Shown here piece after piece: positions 33,563 through 47,300 of a stretch of 64,000 nucleotides of DNA. This stretch comes from Zygnema circumcarinatum SAG 698-1b (lineage: Eukaryota; Plantae; Zygnematophyceae), in assembly GCA_037447605.1 (NCBI GenBank), contig CM074820.1:1798001-1862000 (forward strand). The letters run 5' to 3'. The first letter of the stretch is position 1, and each line of letters starts with the position of its first letter. Both the position numbers and the translations under genes were made by a program. The notes beneath the pieces are model-generated. The model saw only the letters and a program-made list of their open reading frames with translations. It searched no databases and was not told the DNA's origin.

Positions 33563-35221
33563 GAAGCCAACGAGTTTGCAAAACGTTGGACAATTCTGAA
33601 TGTCGAAAGGCTTTCACCCCGTTCCATGCTCTCGTTTTCTGCCTCCGTTTTGCACGAACTGTTTAACTGTGACGCAAAATTCTCCAAATTTTCCCTTCGT
33701 TTGACCGCTCCCAAAAATGCAGTCTCGCGGTACTCTGCCAGCAGTCGTGTCACTTGGTACACGTGTCAGTGTATGATTCGTTCCCTTACATTCACTCTTT
33801 TCAAAAAGCCAATGATGAGATGCCACGTCAGCAATTCAGTTAATTCTGGCCATATTTGGCCCTCGCCTTTTACCAAATTCGAACGCGGCGCGATTCGATC
33901 CCTATACCGATATTATCGGCAGCACGCGATATTTGTCGTGTAGCGCGCCGGCGGCGGGCTATCGTCGCGTTAGAATGTGCCACGTGGCATGTGACGTCAC
34001 GGAGGCGTGTTGACGTACGAGAGGGGTTGACCTTTCCAAGGCGAAGCGGCCTAGCAGAGGGAGGCAGAGAGGGAGGGGGAGGGCGAGAGGGAGAGTGAGA
34101 GAGGGAGAGAGAGAGAGAGAGAGGGAGGGGGAGGGAGAGAGTGAGGGGAAGGGAGAGATAGAAAGTGAGAGGGAGGGAAGGAGGGGGGGGGAGGAAGGTT
34201 CTTGGAAAGTGCTAGCGTGGAAGGATCGCTTGAGGTGAGGTGCAGGAATGTGGGGTTGAGGGTTTGGAGAATGGATCAAGGGGGCGGGAGAGGGAGGATG
34301 GGAGAGGAAGGGTGGGTGTGGGAGGGTGGGAGAGGCAGGGTGGGAGAGGGAGGGTGGGATAGGGAGGGTGGGAAGGGAGTGTGGGAGAGGGAGGGTGGGA
34401 GAGGGAGGATGAGAGAGGGAGGGTGGGAGAGGGAGTGTGGGAGAGGGAGGGAGGGAGGGAGGAGGGGGGGTGAGGAAGGGAGGGAGGGGTGGAGCGGGAG
34501 AGTGGAGGGAGAAGTTGAGCGAGGTGATGGTGGAAGTGAAAGAGAGGGGGGGTGGCTTGGAGGGGACGTGGGGAAGTGCATGTGCTGACTGAAGATTAGA
34601 AAGAAAGTCTTCTGAAGAGAGATCTCTCTCTCTCTTTCTCCCTCTCTCTGTCTCTCCCTCGCTGTATCTCCTCCTCTCTCCTCCCTCGTTCTCTTTGCCT
34701 GATCGTGCCTTTAACCTCCCCATCTCGCAGTGTCTCCCTTTATTCTCTCTCTTTTTTTTCTCGCTAGATTTCTCTTGTTTTGTACTCCCCCATCTCTCTA
34801 GTCGCTCTCTCTCTCTCCTTCTCCTCCCACCCACAGTCCCTCCCTGTCCCTTGCATCTCTCTATCTTTCTCTCTAGTTTCTTTTTCACTTCCCTTCACTT
34901 CCCTCTCCCACTCCCTCTCCCTCTCCCTCTCCCTCTCCCTCTCCCTCTCCCTCTCCCTCTCCCTCTCCCTCTCCTCTCCCTCTCCCTCTCCCTCTCCCTC
35001 TCCCTCTCCTTCTCCCTCTCCCTCTCCCTCTCCCTCCTCTCCCTCTCCCTCTCCCTTCTCCCTCTCCCTCTCCCTCTCCCTCTCCCTCTCCCTCTCCTCT
35101 CCCTCTCCCTCCCTCTCCCTCTCCCTCTCCCTCTCCCTCTCCCTCTCCCTTCCCCCTCTCCCCAACCTTGCAAGCCATCTGATCAGTGTACGCACGACCC
35201 CTTTCCATGCAGAACGAAGCC

Positions 35222-37253
35222 ATGGCTATGGCCACAACGGAGAACGGTGAGGTCCCTACTGATCCCGTTGTGGAGAACGGCACGGAACCTCAGGAGCAGG
35301 AGTCCACCAAACCCAAAGCTCCCAAAATCAAGCGTCCCGAAAAGCCTGACAAAGCCGCCATGGAGGAGCAGGTCAAAGCGTTGGAGGAGAAAATCGATTC
35401 GAATCGGAAAAGGATCGATGAAATTAAGGGAATTCTTGACAGTAAAGTGAGCAGCCGCTCGGATTCGAACAAAGATTTTCGGCGGCTTCGAGATCAGCAC
35501 GCCTCTATTCTGTTGCAGATCCGTGCTGCGAATGACGACAAGCAGAAGTTGTGGCAGGAGCTGAAGAGTGCGGATGAAGCGAGGAAGAAGATGAAGGACG
35601 ATGCGAAGGCTTTGAGGGAGAAGCTTCCCTTTGTGAAGGTGGGTAGGAAAAAGGCAAACATGGGGTTCTCTTATTTTGTTTTATGATGTTTTATGTTGTG
35701 AATTTTTTATGTTTTTGAAGTTTTTTTGTTGTGGGGGGGGGGAGTGGGGGTGAAGCGTTAAGATGAAGAGGTGGGCTTTTGGCTATGAAAAAAGAGTAGG
35801 TGACGTAGGAGATGTCTGCATCACTTGTATTTAGGGTTTTTAGGGGCACATAATTTAACAGATTAACTATGAGCCATGAGATCAATGAGATTGCTATTGG
35901 CCTTTGTTCCTTTTTTATGACTAACTGCGGTTTGCTCTGAACTCTCCCTTTTTTGATAAATGAATAAAAAAATGCTTACAGGTGGAACAAATCGACGAAG
36001 AAATAAGGAAAGTGGAGCATCGCATGCAGCACTCGACCCTTCCTTTGAACGAAGAAAAAAAGCTTATTCTGCAAATTAAAGATTTGACTAAATCACGTGA
36101 CTTTGTGAAGTCGTATAGCGACCGACTCGACGAGATCGCGGAGGATGAGAAGGGCAGAGAGGCTTACTTTGAAAAAATTAAAAGTAAAGAAGCGCAGATT
36201 ACTTCACTGAAGCAGCAGGAAGTTGAGAAAAAGAAAGCAATCGATGAGGCAAAAACGAAGGAGATAGCGCAGCAATCGGAGTTTCCAAGTCTGGTGCAGG
36301 AAAAACAGAAATTATTCGAAGAAATTAACGGAATTAGAGGGGAAATTAAGAATATGAGAGATGGGTTTTGGGCCAAACATAAGGAGTGGTTTGAGCAGGA
36401 GAAGTTGTGGAGGGAGCAGCAGAAGGAAGAGCAGTATAAGGCCTACCTGCAGAGAGAGGCTTGGAGGAAGGAGAGAGAGGAGATAAGGAAGAAGAGGGAG
36501 GCGGAGAATTATGTAGAGCCATTCACAGATGAGATCATTTTCTGTGATCAGTTGACTCACTATTTGCAGAAGCTGCAGGGACCTGTGGAGGGAGCTGGGG
36601 GAGGAGGGGTAGAAGTGAAAGAGGTTAAGGAAATTGTGGCTCCGAAAGGGTTTGGAAATATGGTGGTTTCGAAAAAGAATAGAGGAGATGAAGAGCTTGA
36701 TGGGCTTTTTATGGGCTTGGGAGCAAAGAAGGGGAAGGGGAAAGGGAAAAATGCGAGGCCCAAATCTGAAAAAATTTCGCTGTCTCTCGATTCGGTGACT
36801 TCGTTCACGAAAGTTGGGGTGGCTCCCCCTCCCACGATGTCGGAAATTTCGGAAACTTTGGAGAAGCTGAAGGAGAAGAAGGAGCACTTTCAACAGTTGC
36901 AGATCGCAGAGAGAGAGAGGAGGAGTAAGGGGGAGAAGAGTGAGGTTGTGAGAGAGAGTGGAGATGGCAAGGTGGGAGAGGGAGAGGCGGAGGGAGAGAA
37001 GGGGGCGGGAGAGAATGGGGAGGGGGAGAAGGTGGAGGAAGAGAAGGCGGAGGAAGTGAAGGGGGAGGAAGAGGAGGCGGAGGGAGAGAAGGGGGAGGAG
37101 GAAGAGGAAGCGGAGGGAGAGAAGGGGGAGGGAGAGGATGAGAAGGGGGAGGGAGAGAAGGGGGGAGAGGAGGAGGAGGGAGAGAAGGAGGGAGAGGAGG
37201 TGGTGTCTGAGGAGAAAGAGGAGAAAATTTCGGACATTAAAGGGGAAGATTGA
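35222..37253 (+). CDS. Bfr1 / proton-pump-interactor-like coiled-coil protein with a Glu/Gly-rich tail
   Basis: Exons 35222-35638 and 35982-37253, phase 0. Motif EQIDEEIRKVEHRMQHSTLPLNEEKKLILQIKDL matches the PPI/Bfr1 core; also PFTDEIIFCDQL..YL and ISLSLD..SF.KVGV.PP. Alternative ATG at 35207. Confidence 0.75.
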
Positions 37254-38909
37254 GGGATCTGTGGTAGTCTCCATTTCGAAGGAATCCCCTTTTCCCTGCC
37301 TGTGGTGTTTTGAAGTTCTAGGAGGGAGAGAGGGAGGGAGGGGGGGAGGGAGAGAGGGAGGGAGGGGAGAGGGAGAGAAGTAGTCAGAAGCGAGGGAGGG
37401 GAAGGAGGGGAGAGGGAGAGGGAGAGAAGTAGTCAGAAGAGAGGGAGGGGAGAGGGAGCGGGAGAGAAGTAGTCAGAAGAGAGGGAGGGGAGGGAGGGGA
37501 GAGGGAGCGGGAGAGAAGTAGTCAGAAGAGAGGGAGGGGAGGGAGAGAGGGAAGCCCTGAAGGGCGGCGGTGAGAAACAGAAAAGCCACAAAGGAAGGAT
37601 GCGAGAGGGGAGAAAGGAGATCTCACAGGGAATGGGTGGTAGTGGATAGGAAGCTGAGTCGATGAGGGAGAGGGGAGGGAGAGAAGTAGTCAGACGAGGG
37701 AGGGGGGAGGGAGAGATGGAGGCGGTACCGGAGGAGGGGGGAGAGGGAGAGGGTTTTTTTTTAGGCATTTTACCTTAGGAGGGGCCATTATAGAGTCTCG
37801 CTCTCTTGAGGTGTGGGTGGAGTTTTCCGATATTTTTTTCTATCACATAGAGCCGGAAATAGGGCTTGCTTTAAGCCATACATTTTTTCTTTTCCTTCTT
37901 TTGAAAGATATTTGTTTTTTTTTTGGTGCGGGAAATTTTTGGGTTACAGTAGACAAGTGAGGTGGAGGTGGAGGGGTGGTATTAAAGATTTATTCTTTTC
38001 CCTTTTTTGGAAAGTGTGGGAGGTTATGGAGACATGTTCCATGTGCTTGTTTGGGCTAAAGCGGGCCTTTTCCTTGTAATGTTCCCGTTATTCATCGCTG
38101 GGAAAGATTCAGTCTCGAGTTCTCTCTCCCTCTCCCTCTCCCTCTCCCTCTCCCCCACCTAATATTGACAACCATGCAAAAACGGATAGCGGGTGGTGGA
38201 ACAACCCAAGTAACTTTTCTCATTTCTAAAAGTTGCAATCTTTATCGAAATTACGATTATCTCAACACTTCAAATATTACTGAAATCCCACAAAGTTAGA
38301 TAGGTTTGAGTTCCGACTCGATTGATTTGGTGTTAGAAATCAACAAAAACATGAAATGTTGTTTGTGTCAAGCACATCAGAAGTGCAAAAACGCAGAACA
38401 CTAGCGAGACCAAAGCGCGAGAGCGCATAAACTGGAAGAGGGAGAGGGAGAGGGAGAGGGAGAGGGAGAGGGAGAGACAGTGCATTGAAACATAGTGAAT
38501 GAACTTCCAGCATGGAAGGCAAACAACAACCGTTCTAGCTCTCCAACCTCCAGTGCACATGCGCAAAACCCAACTGTGAATAAAACTAGATCAGCATTGA
38601 ACGGGACGCTACGCGAAACTGCGGCTCCATGCTGATCTCGCTCGTGTGGACGAGGGCGCTGCCAGAGCCGTTGCCTCCCCGCCTCGCGGAGACGACCGTT
38701 GGGCTCTCCCTCTCTCTCCACGCCCTCCCTCCCCCCTCTCGCTCTCTCCCACTCTCTCTCCCTCTCTCCCTCTGTCTCCCACTCTCGCCCTCTCCCTCTC
38801 CCTCTCCCTCTGACTATCTGTCCCGCTCTCACTCCCTCTCCCTCCCACTCTCGGTCTCTCTCTCTCTCTCTCATCGGCACACTTGAGACATACCAGAGGT
38901 CGATGAGTC

Positions 38910-41900
38910 ATGACGTCAGCATCAGCCCATAGTCTGCATGTCCCCCCCCCTCCCCTCTCCCTCCCTTCGCCTTCCTCCTACCAACCCTCTCCCACCTCAC
39001 ACCCCTCTCTCTCCTCCCTTTCCGCTTTCTCCTCTCTCTCCTGTCACACCTCTCTCTCCTCTCACATCAAGCACTCCCACTCATCCCACAACTCGGTCCA
39101 TTCGTACTCCCTTCCCACTCACTGCTCTCTCACTCCATCTCTCTCATCTCTCAATACCTCTTCCACCTCCTCCAAGCAGCCTTCCTCCCCTAGGACTCCG
39201 CGAAGCCCTAAAACTCCTTCCTCTCCAACGGGGGGAGGAGGCAAGCGCCATGGAAGCAGGAAGAGCTTCGCAGTAAGCGACATCTCTCCCAATATCTTTT
39301 CTCCTCTCTCTTTCTTCGTCTTCCCCCCTTTCCCTCTGCCTCTCCCAATCCTATCTCTCTCTCTCTCGATCCCTCCCTCCCTTCCTCTTACCGTCGCCCT
39401 CTCCCTCTCCTTTCCTCTGACTCCCCTCCCCATTCCCCCGTTTCCGCCTTCTCTCCCTCACTCTACTTCTCTCTCTCCCTTTCTCCATTTCTGGCTCGAC
39501 TCCCTTCCTTTTCTCTCTCCATCTCTCTCTCTTAGCCCTCCTCTCTCTCTTTTCTCTTGTCCTTTTCCCCACTGTCCCTCCGTCTCTCTCAGTCCCTCTC
39601 CCTCCCTCTCTCCTTCTCTCCCACTCTCTCTCCCTCACCCTCTCCCACTCCTTCATTCTAACTCTCCCTCCCCAACCTCCCCCCTTCACTCTTCCCTTCC
39701 CAACCTCTGCCTCTCACTTCCCGGTTTTTATTTCTTGCTCTCCTCCTCCCTTCTCCCTCCCTCTCTCTCTGTCTACTGCCGCCCCTCTTTCTCTCTCTTT
39801 TCCGCTATCTAAATTTAATTGAACATGAGTGGCATGTCCTACTTACATAATACCTCACACTGATTGAAAATTTCTTGAAGCTCTGACTCACAAACCAAAG
39901 TTCAAATCTAATATTATCTCTTTAATGTCCACTTTATTTCTCTTGTAGGATTTGAAATCGAAGTCAAATTCTACCGCAAGGACGTCGAAAATCAACACTG
40001 AAGTGGTGGAAAAAGAAACCAAAATTGAGAGCTCGGAATCGGCCCCTCCCGCAACTTCTATGCCGGTTCTGCATCGAGTCAGAGAGTAAGAAAAAAAAAT
40101 CTACAAAAAAGAGAACTTTACAAACTAAAAACGGTTCGAAAGGGTTAGATTTATATATATTTTTAAATTAGATTATTTATTCTTTACGAATTCATGCGTC
40201 ATAATAGACAGTGAATCTTACTGCAGAATTTTTCGGTTTTTTTTTTTTTCTTTATTCTTCCAGGGGCGAAACATTATGGGATATTGCGTGGGAGTATAAT
40301 ACGAGCCTTTCTGCTTTAATGGTTGTGAATGGAATTGACAACGGAAATTATGTTATGGCGGAAACTACGCTTGTTATACCTCCACCAAAACCCAACAGAC
40401 AGTCGAACGGATTTTTAGGGTTTGGAAAAACCACGAGGAGGGAAGGAGGGCAGGAGATGGACAAGTATGCAAAATTAGAAACGGTAAGTTCTTACTGTTG
40501 TGGGAGTAGTGAAATGAGTACCCCTTCTCCCTCTCCCACTCTCTTTTCTCCGTTTCCTTCTGCTCCAACACCCTAACTTGTCCTCTACTTTCCCTTCTCC
40601 CTCTCCCTCTCCCTCTCCCTCTCCCTCTCCCTCTCCCTCTCCCTCTCCCTCTCCCTCTCCCTCTCCCTCTCCCTCTCCCTCTCCCTCTCCTTTCCTTTCC
40701 CCTCCCCCCTTCCCCCTTTTAACCACCCCCCCCCTTCTCTCTCCAGGCAGAGGAGCAGCGCACATTCCGAGCGAGCTCAGAAGTGCGCCGTCCGCCCTTT
40801 GCACTCCGCCTCATATCCGCCACGGGGAAGGTACGGACAACAGAGAATCTATCTGGAATCCCTGTCAATATTATCCGTTCACGATTTCAAATTTCTTATA
40901 ATCCTTTCAACCCCCTCCCTCCCCCTCCCCCTCTCTCTCCCTCCCTCTCTCCCTCCCTCTCTCCCTCCCCTCTCCCTCCCACCCCCTCCCTCTCTCCCTC
41001 TCTCCCTCCCTCTCTCCCTCCCTCTCTCCCTCCCTCCCCCCTCTCCCTCCCTCTCTCTCTCCCCCTCTCCCTCCCTCTCTCTCCCCCTCTCCTCCCTCTC
41101 CCTCCCCCTCTCCCTCCATCTCTCTCTCCCCCTCTCCCTCCCTCTCCCCCTCCCCCTCTCCCTCCCTAACTCTCTCCCCCTCTCCCTCCCTCTCCCCCTC
41201 CCCCTCTCCCTCCCTCTCTCCCTCCCTTCCTCCCTGTGCCTGCAGGTTGCCGTTACCCTTCTCGGGCTTGCTCTCGCGTTCGCTGTCACGAGCCACTTTG
41301 TGAAGCGACTGATTTCCCACATAGAATCACGGAAGCGTGAAAAGAAACTGGAGGAAGCATGGAACCAACAGACCATCTCCCTCACAAAGGAGAGGTTCGG
41401 GCAAGCCCTAAAAATCGATCGGAACATCCGACAAGCGGCCGGGCAGGACAGGGCCTCCCTCGCTACCGTACAGACGGTACGGTTTTATGTCGGCTTCTGA
41501 GGTCATAGTCTATTGATTAAATGATCATTTGGTTTGTTTGTTCGTGCATTTGTTTACCTCGTTTGTTCGATTCTTTGTTTATTTTTTTATGTTTCGTTAC
41601 TATTGAAGATGCAGAATTCGACGGCTGGGGAAGTTAAGGTTATTGAAAAAGCGGCGAATGTTTTGGAAAGAAGTGGGGAGAACGGTGCTGCAGCAATTCG
41701 CGGTGAAGGGGAGAAGGTGAGTGATGTTAGGGCTCACTGTATTCGTAACCTCACCAGAGAGAGAGAGAGAGAGTGGGAGAGGGAGAGAGAGAGAGGAAGA
41801 GAGAGAGAAAGAGAGAGCGAGAGAGCGAGAGAGCGAGAGAGAGAGGGAGAGAAGGGCAGGTAGGTGAGAGTAGCCTGTCTTGTGAACAGGTGACGTATGG

Positions 41901-42478
41901 GAGTCTTCCATGGACGAAACGTGCAGCTCTCCATTCACATACAGAACTACTCTTTTTTGCGTTTGAAGTTGCGGAAGTTGTCAGTTTCTTTGTTTTTGGG
42001 TCTTGGGCTATTTTCAAGGTCCTTTGGGTCTTTTGGGTCTTTTGGGTCTTTTTGGTCTTTTGGGTCTTTTGGGTCGTTCGAGTTTTTTTTGGGGGTTTCT
42101 GCTGTTTTTGTGCTCTCTTGTGGGTCGTATTTTAGGGACGTGACGTGACGTGACGTAACGTAACGTAACGTGACATGATGTGACCTGTCATGACGTGACA
42201 AGCCATGCCGTGACGTGACGTGACGTGACGTGACGTGACGTGACGTGACGTGACGTGTTGTGACGTGACGTGGTGTGATGTGACGTGACATGTGGCAGGA
42301 GGTGGGCGGTGCGGAGGCGGCGGCGATGGCGGCGATTCGCAGCGACTACGACGAGATTCGGCAGAGCTTCGACGTGGCGTCGTACGAGGCGTTCCTCAGG
42401 GACTCGGGGGCGCTCAATAGGGGGAGGTTTCAGGGGGGGATGCCCAGGAAGTTCAGGGAGAAGGGGGGGAAGGGATAG
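38910..42478 (+). CDS. LysM-domain single-pass membrane protein with a transit-peptide-like N-terminus, ~438 aa
   Basis: Exons 38910-39272, 39949-40085, 40264-40483, 40747-40830, 41246-41476, 41615-41716, 42299-42478, in phase (1317 nt). LysM: LHRVREGETLWDIAWEYNTSLSALMVVNGIDNGNYVMAETTLVIP. TM: VAVTLLGLALAFAVTSHFV. Ser/His/Thr-rich, acid-free N-terminus. Exon 1 is the least certain. Confidence 0.8.
42139..42290. repeat. Intronic (GTGAC)n pentanucleotide microsatellite
   Basis: About 30 GTGAC-type units ending at the acceptor of the last exon; a (GGGTCTTTT)n run lies at ~42025-42072. Confidence 0.9.
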
Positions 42479-44332
42479 CAGAGGGAGAGGCAGAGGTAGG
42501 AGAGGTAGTGGAGGTAGTAGAGGTAGTAGCGGTAGTGGGAGGGGGTGCTAGTAGCGGCAATAGTAGCGGCAGGCGGGCAGCATCGGCAGTAGCGGTAGTG
42601 GTAGTGACGCTGGGAGGGAGGGGTGGAGGGAGGGAAGGAGGGAGAGAGGGAGGGAGGGAAGGAGGGGACGGGGGAGGGAGTGGTAATGGTAGTTGGAGGG
42701 AATGCGTATAGGAAGAGGGCGTGGTCGGAAGTAAGTAAGTCTCTGTGGGATACTCTCCCAACGACCCGAAGTTTAATTTCGCACTACTTAAAGTACGAGG
42801 TTGGAAACTGACAGAGAGGGGGCTCCCATGCAGTAGAAGGAGAATAAAGCGAAAAATAGGGTTTTTCTGCGGAGGTTGGAGAGGCACATAGAGCCAGCGG
42901 AGCATAATGGGTTGCTTTTCCTCCCTCCCTCCCTCCCTCCCTCCTCTTTCCTCTCTCTCTGTATTCTCTCTCTTTCTCTCTCACACACTTTCTCGCTCCA
43001 CTTTCCCTTTATATTGGGGAATGTTGTATCATGAGTTTAGGGCTGTAAGGCAATACATTTAAGAGCTGCTTTTGAATAATGCATTAATTATTATATTAGT
43101 GAAGATACTGGCCCTACAGTATTATAGGGTGAGAGTTAGGGTTGGGCAAGAATTTGACGAGCTTTTATAGAAAGAGCGTATATTGGCACTGTGAAGGCGC
43201 TGACTGGGGAGGGGAATACAATCTGTCTGCGAAAAGAAAACTACTTTTCTTAAACATTGGGGACCTTCTAGATGAGATTTGGTCTTCGATAAGTATAAAT
43301 TCGGACGTCTTTTTCTTTCTCATTTCACTTTGTTTATTTCAATACAATTTTATCTTCATTGAAGTTATCCATTGTTCCTCCCTTTAAAAAAAGTGGGAGA
43401 GCGCCTTAAAAACTCTCAACTGGTTGGTCAGTAATTAAGAGGACTGAAACAGATTAAGGTATTCTGTATTGCATCAACTATTTCTGGGCAAATGCTTAAT
43501 TCAGATTTTCAGACTCCATGTTAAGTTTTAAGCGGGAGAAATCCGAGAAACGATTCGAAGAAAACGTTTCAGCGAAGAAATGACGAAACCAACAACCACG
43601 TAAAGAGTTTGGAACTCGCAGAGAAAGTGACATCGGTCACACTGTATTTCCATCTGTATTTCCAGAACCAGTATCAGTTTATTAACCTGCTGCTCCTGCT
43701 GCTGCTGCTTTCACTCTCTCGCTATCTCTCTCTCTCTCTCTCCCTCTCTCTGTCTCGCTAACTCTCTACTAAAGGAGTCTCTCTCTGCAAAAATCTAAAC
43801 CCTAAAATCATATACAGTACGCCTCAATGCCAGCTTCAACTCTTCCGTCTCTCACTTTAATGAAGAGATCAAAAATATTTATTTCTCCAAAACCGTACCT
43901 CAATGTGAGAGGCGCCTAACTCTCACTTTCTCCCGCTCCACCTTCACTCAATAAACTGAAGGAAAATGAGCCGCGTCTTCTTCAGCCAAGAACAAAAATA
44001 GCCTTCAAGCGAACACCCATCCGCTATCTCCATAACCTCCGACAAATGGATGCTTTCTCTCCTCTACATTATTCCCCATCCTCTCCGGAGGCCCCCTTCC
44101 TCCTCTCTCCCCCTCCTCCCTCACCACACCGAGAGTCATCCTCCGCCTCAACCAGACCATCATTTCCCTCCCTCTCCACCTCTCCCTCTCTCCCGCAGTC
44201 ATCCCCACCTAATCCCAAAAGAATCTCTTCCTCTCCTTCTCTCACCTCTCTCCTCCTCAGTAGTCCGTCTCTCCTCTCTCACCTCTCTCCTCCTCCTCAG
44301 TAGCCCTTCTCTCACCTCTCTTGTCCTGCTCC

Positions 44333-47300
44333 TCAGTAGTCCTCGTCCTCCTCGTCGCTGACGGGCTCCCCGGCGGCAATGCGGGCCTTGCGGGCCTTCT
44401 CCTTGGCCTTGAGCTCCTTGCGGCTGAGCTTCTTCTTGGGCTGCACGATCTTGACGGTGTTCCCGAAGGCGTCCACCATCTCGTCCTCCTGCTTCTTCAC
44501 CTCCAGCTTCGCGTTGTTCATCCACGCGGGCTCGCCCTCGCAGGAGAGCCGCCCGGCCTCGACCCGCCACACCTCGGGGCAGAGCGCGGAGGTGAACTCC
44601 GAGTTGTGGGAGATCATGACCACGCCGCCGCCGTACTCGCGGATGGCGCCCGCGAGCGCGCCTAGAGAGTCGCGGTCGAGGTAGTTGGTGGGCTCGTCCA
44701 GGACGAGCATGTGGGGGCAGTTCCACATGGCGGCGCCCAGGACCACCTTCACCTTCTGCCCGCCCGACAGCCCGCGGATGCGGCTGTGGGTGCCGAACTC
44801 CGGCTCGAGCCCGAACTCCTCCAAGTGCTTCTGCACGGCGGCGATGGTCAGCGGCCGCGTGATCAGCCCCTGCCGGGCGGCCTCCTTCGCGTCGATCTCG
44901 TTCACCAGCTTCACGAACCCCATCTCCTCCAGCCTGGGCACGGGACAAGCAAGCACACATCCACCAACCGGAACTTCAGCATACCAGCTACGACAGTGCA
45001 GCGATCCCAAACTGAATTCGAGCTAAATAGCCTTGTCCTCCTTCCTTCTAGCGGTCGTTATCTGTGTATCCTTCTCTATCTCTATCAATCTATCAACAAT
45101 GAGCGACATAGGTAAGATAGTGTTTCTACAACCAGTCATTCACGTCATGCATGCAGCTATCGAAGACCGGACTCGCAAATGACTGCCATCTATNNNNNNN
45201 NNNCCCACCCTTAGTAAACCAACCACATGGTTTCCTAACCACTTCAGCCAAAACCCATATAAAACAACGACAAAATTAGCCGCCCGAGGGCTTCAGCTTC
45301 AGCTTCGTCCGCAAAATCTAAGTGAACTAGTTTCATTTGTTAGCCCTTAATCGCCCCGCTTTCGAAATTCGCTTTCGAAATTGTACATCCATCGAAAACA
45401 AAAAGGCATTAATAAAAAAAAAACAGCTATCCCCACCTCCAAACACAACATCATTTAACAACGCAGTCATCTCCGCCAGCAGCAGCATTTGCAAAAACCC
45501 AAACCCACCTTGAGCAGCGCTTTGTCCTTGGTCTTGATGCCTTCGAGGTAGCCCGGCTCGGGAAACGTGAACTTGATGGCCGCCTCCGACAGCTCATAGT
45601 ACACCCGCGCCTCGGGCTTCTGCTCCACAAACTTGGACAGGTTTCCGCGGTACTGCTTCAACTTGCGGTTCTCGTAGTGGATGATGTCTGTGCAGACATT
45701 GTCCAAAAAGCCCGAGTCGTGGGACACAATCATGGAGGAGACCCCCTTGAGAGTGGTGAGGTAGTTGACCAGCCATGCCACGTTCTTCACGTCCAAGTGG
45801 TTGGTGGGCTCGTCCAAGAGCAGAATGTCCGCCTTCATGAGAATGGCCCGGGCCAATGCCAGCTTCATCTTCCACCCTCCTGAGAGGGCGGCCACAGGGC
45901 CCTGCTGCATCTCATCCGAGAAGCCTACACTTGACAATACGCTCTCCACATGAGACTTCTCTAAGCCCGAGAGGAGGGGCTCGTTTAGCACCAACTCCAC
46001 CACCGCCATTTCCGCCACCGACGCGTCCAAGTCGTGCTCAACATACACAGTGCGCAGCTCTTCGGGCGGAGGGAAGCCGTCCAGCTGTCCGTTGGCAATG
46101 GCTCGCATCAGAGTCGACTTCCCGCACCCATTGGGCCCGCAGAGCCCGTACCGCCGCCCTCTCTTCAGCCACAAATTCGCATTGTTCAGCAGAATTTTGC
46201 CTCCGTAGGCCAAACTGAACTCCACGTTGCAGAGGTCAGGCTCCGACTCGTCCTCGTCCTCCATCACCTTCACCTTTCTCGACTCGTAGTCGGCAACGCA
46301 TCGCTCAAGGAACTTTGTCACTATAACGTCGGCGTCCTCCTCCGACATGAAGGGGAGCAGCGAGGCCTTCACGCAGGCGGACCAGTCCTCGGGCTCGAAC
46401 AGCTTGAAGGTGATCATCTCTGAGCACATGCTCGCGATGTAGTCAAAGGCCAACTCCGCCTCCTCGTCTGCTTGAACCGAGGAGCTGGAAGACACCACGT
46501 CCTTCAGGATGGAGCGAACCACCTTTCTCTGCGCCAAAGAAAAGTCGGAACAATTGGCACGAGGCACGTCAATTGTCTTTCACGACATGACATATCAGAG
46601 GAAACGAGTAAGACCCAAAATGCGGGAGCAGACGGTTCAGAACCATTCGCATCCCCCATCCCCTAATACACTGTAAGCAAAACAAAAAAAAAACATCCGC
46701 AACTGCACATTGATCGCAAGCCGTCCTTCGCCCATCAAAGGAGCACCAAGGAGTTTTATTTGTTAAAAAACTAACTGCGATCACACCAGCAGCAGAAAAT
46801 GCATGACAAAAGTATATACATAGAGAAAGAGCAGTCCAAAAGAAACAGCAAGGTAAAGGCAGCGCGAGCACTGACCAGCTCCTCGCCCCTGAGCTGCGTC
46901 TGCAGCTGCTCCGCCGCCTCCTGTCCCACTTGGTCCAAAATTTTGTGCGCCTTCGAAGCCACGTTTCTGATCTCAGGGTCCGCCGCCTCGTTGCTGACCA
47001 GCTCCAGGCCGGGCAGGAGCTTGGGCAGGAAGGGAGCCGCGTCCACCGGGTCGTCAATAAGCTTGCTCATGTTCTCAATGATGATCGCCGACTTCCTCTT
47101 GATAGCCGGAGCCCTCTCCTTGAGCCCGCGCTGCAGCAGGGGCACCATGAGCGAGAGCGTGGCCGAGTTCACCTGCTGCACGAAGGTGGTGGCCGACAGC
47201 TTGTGCACGCACTCCGGCACCTCCTGGGGCCTCGCAATGGAGCTCACCAGAGCCGGAACAAAGGCTTCAATATCACGATTCCCAATGGCTCCGCAGGACT

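Noticed and set aside
33959-35200. Several 130-310-aa ORFs with LP/RE/GE repeats
   Set aside because: They come from a (CTCTCC)n/(GA)n leader intron of the Bfr1-like gene.
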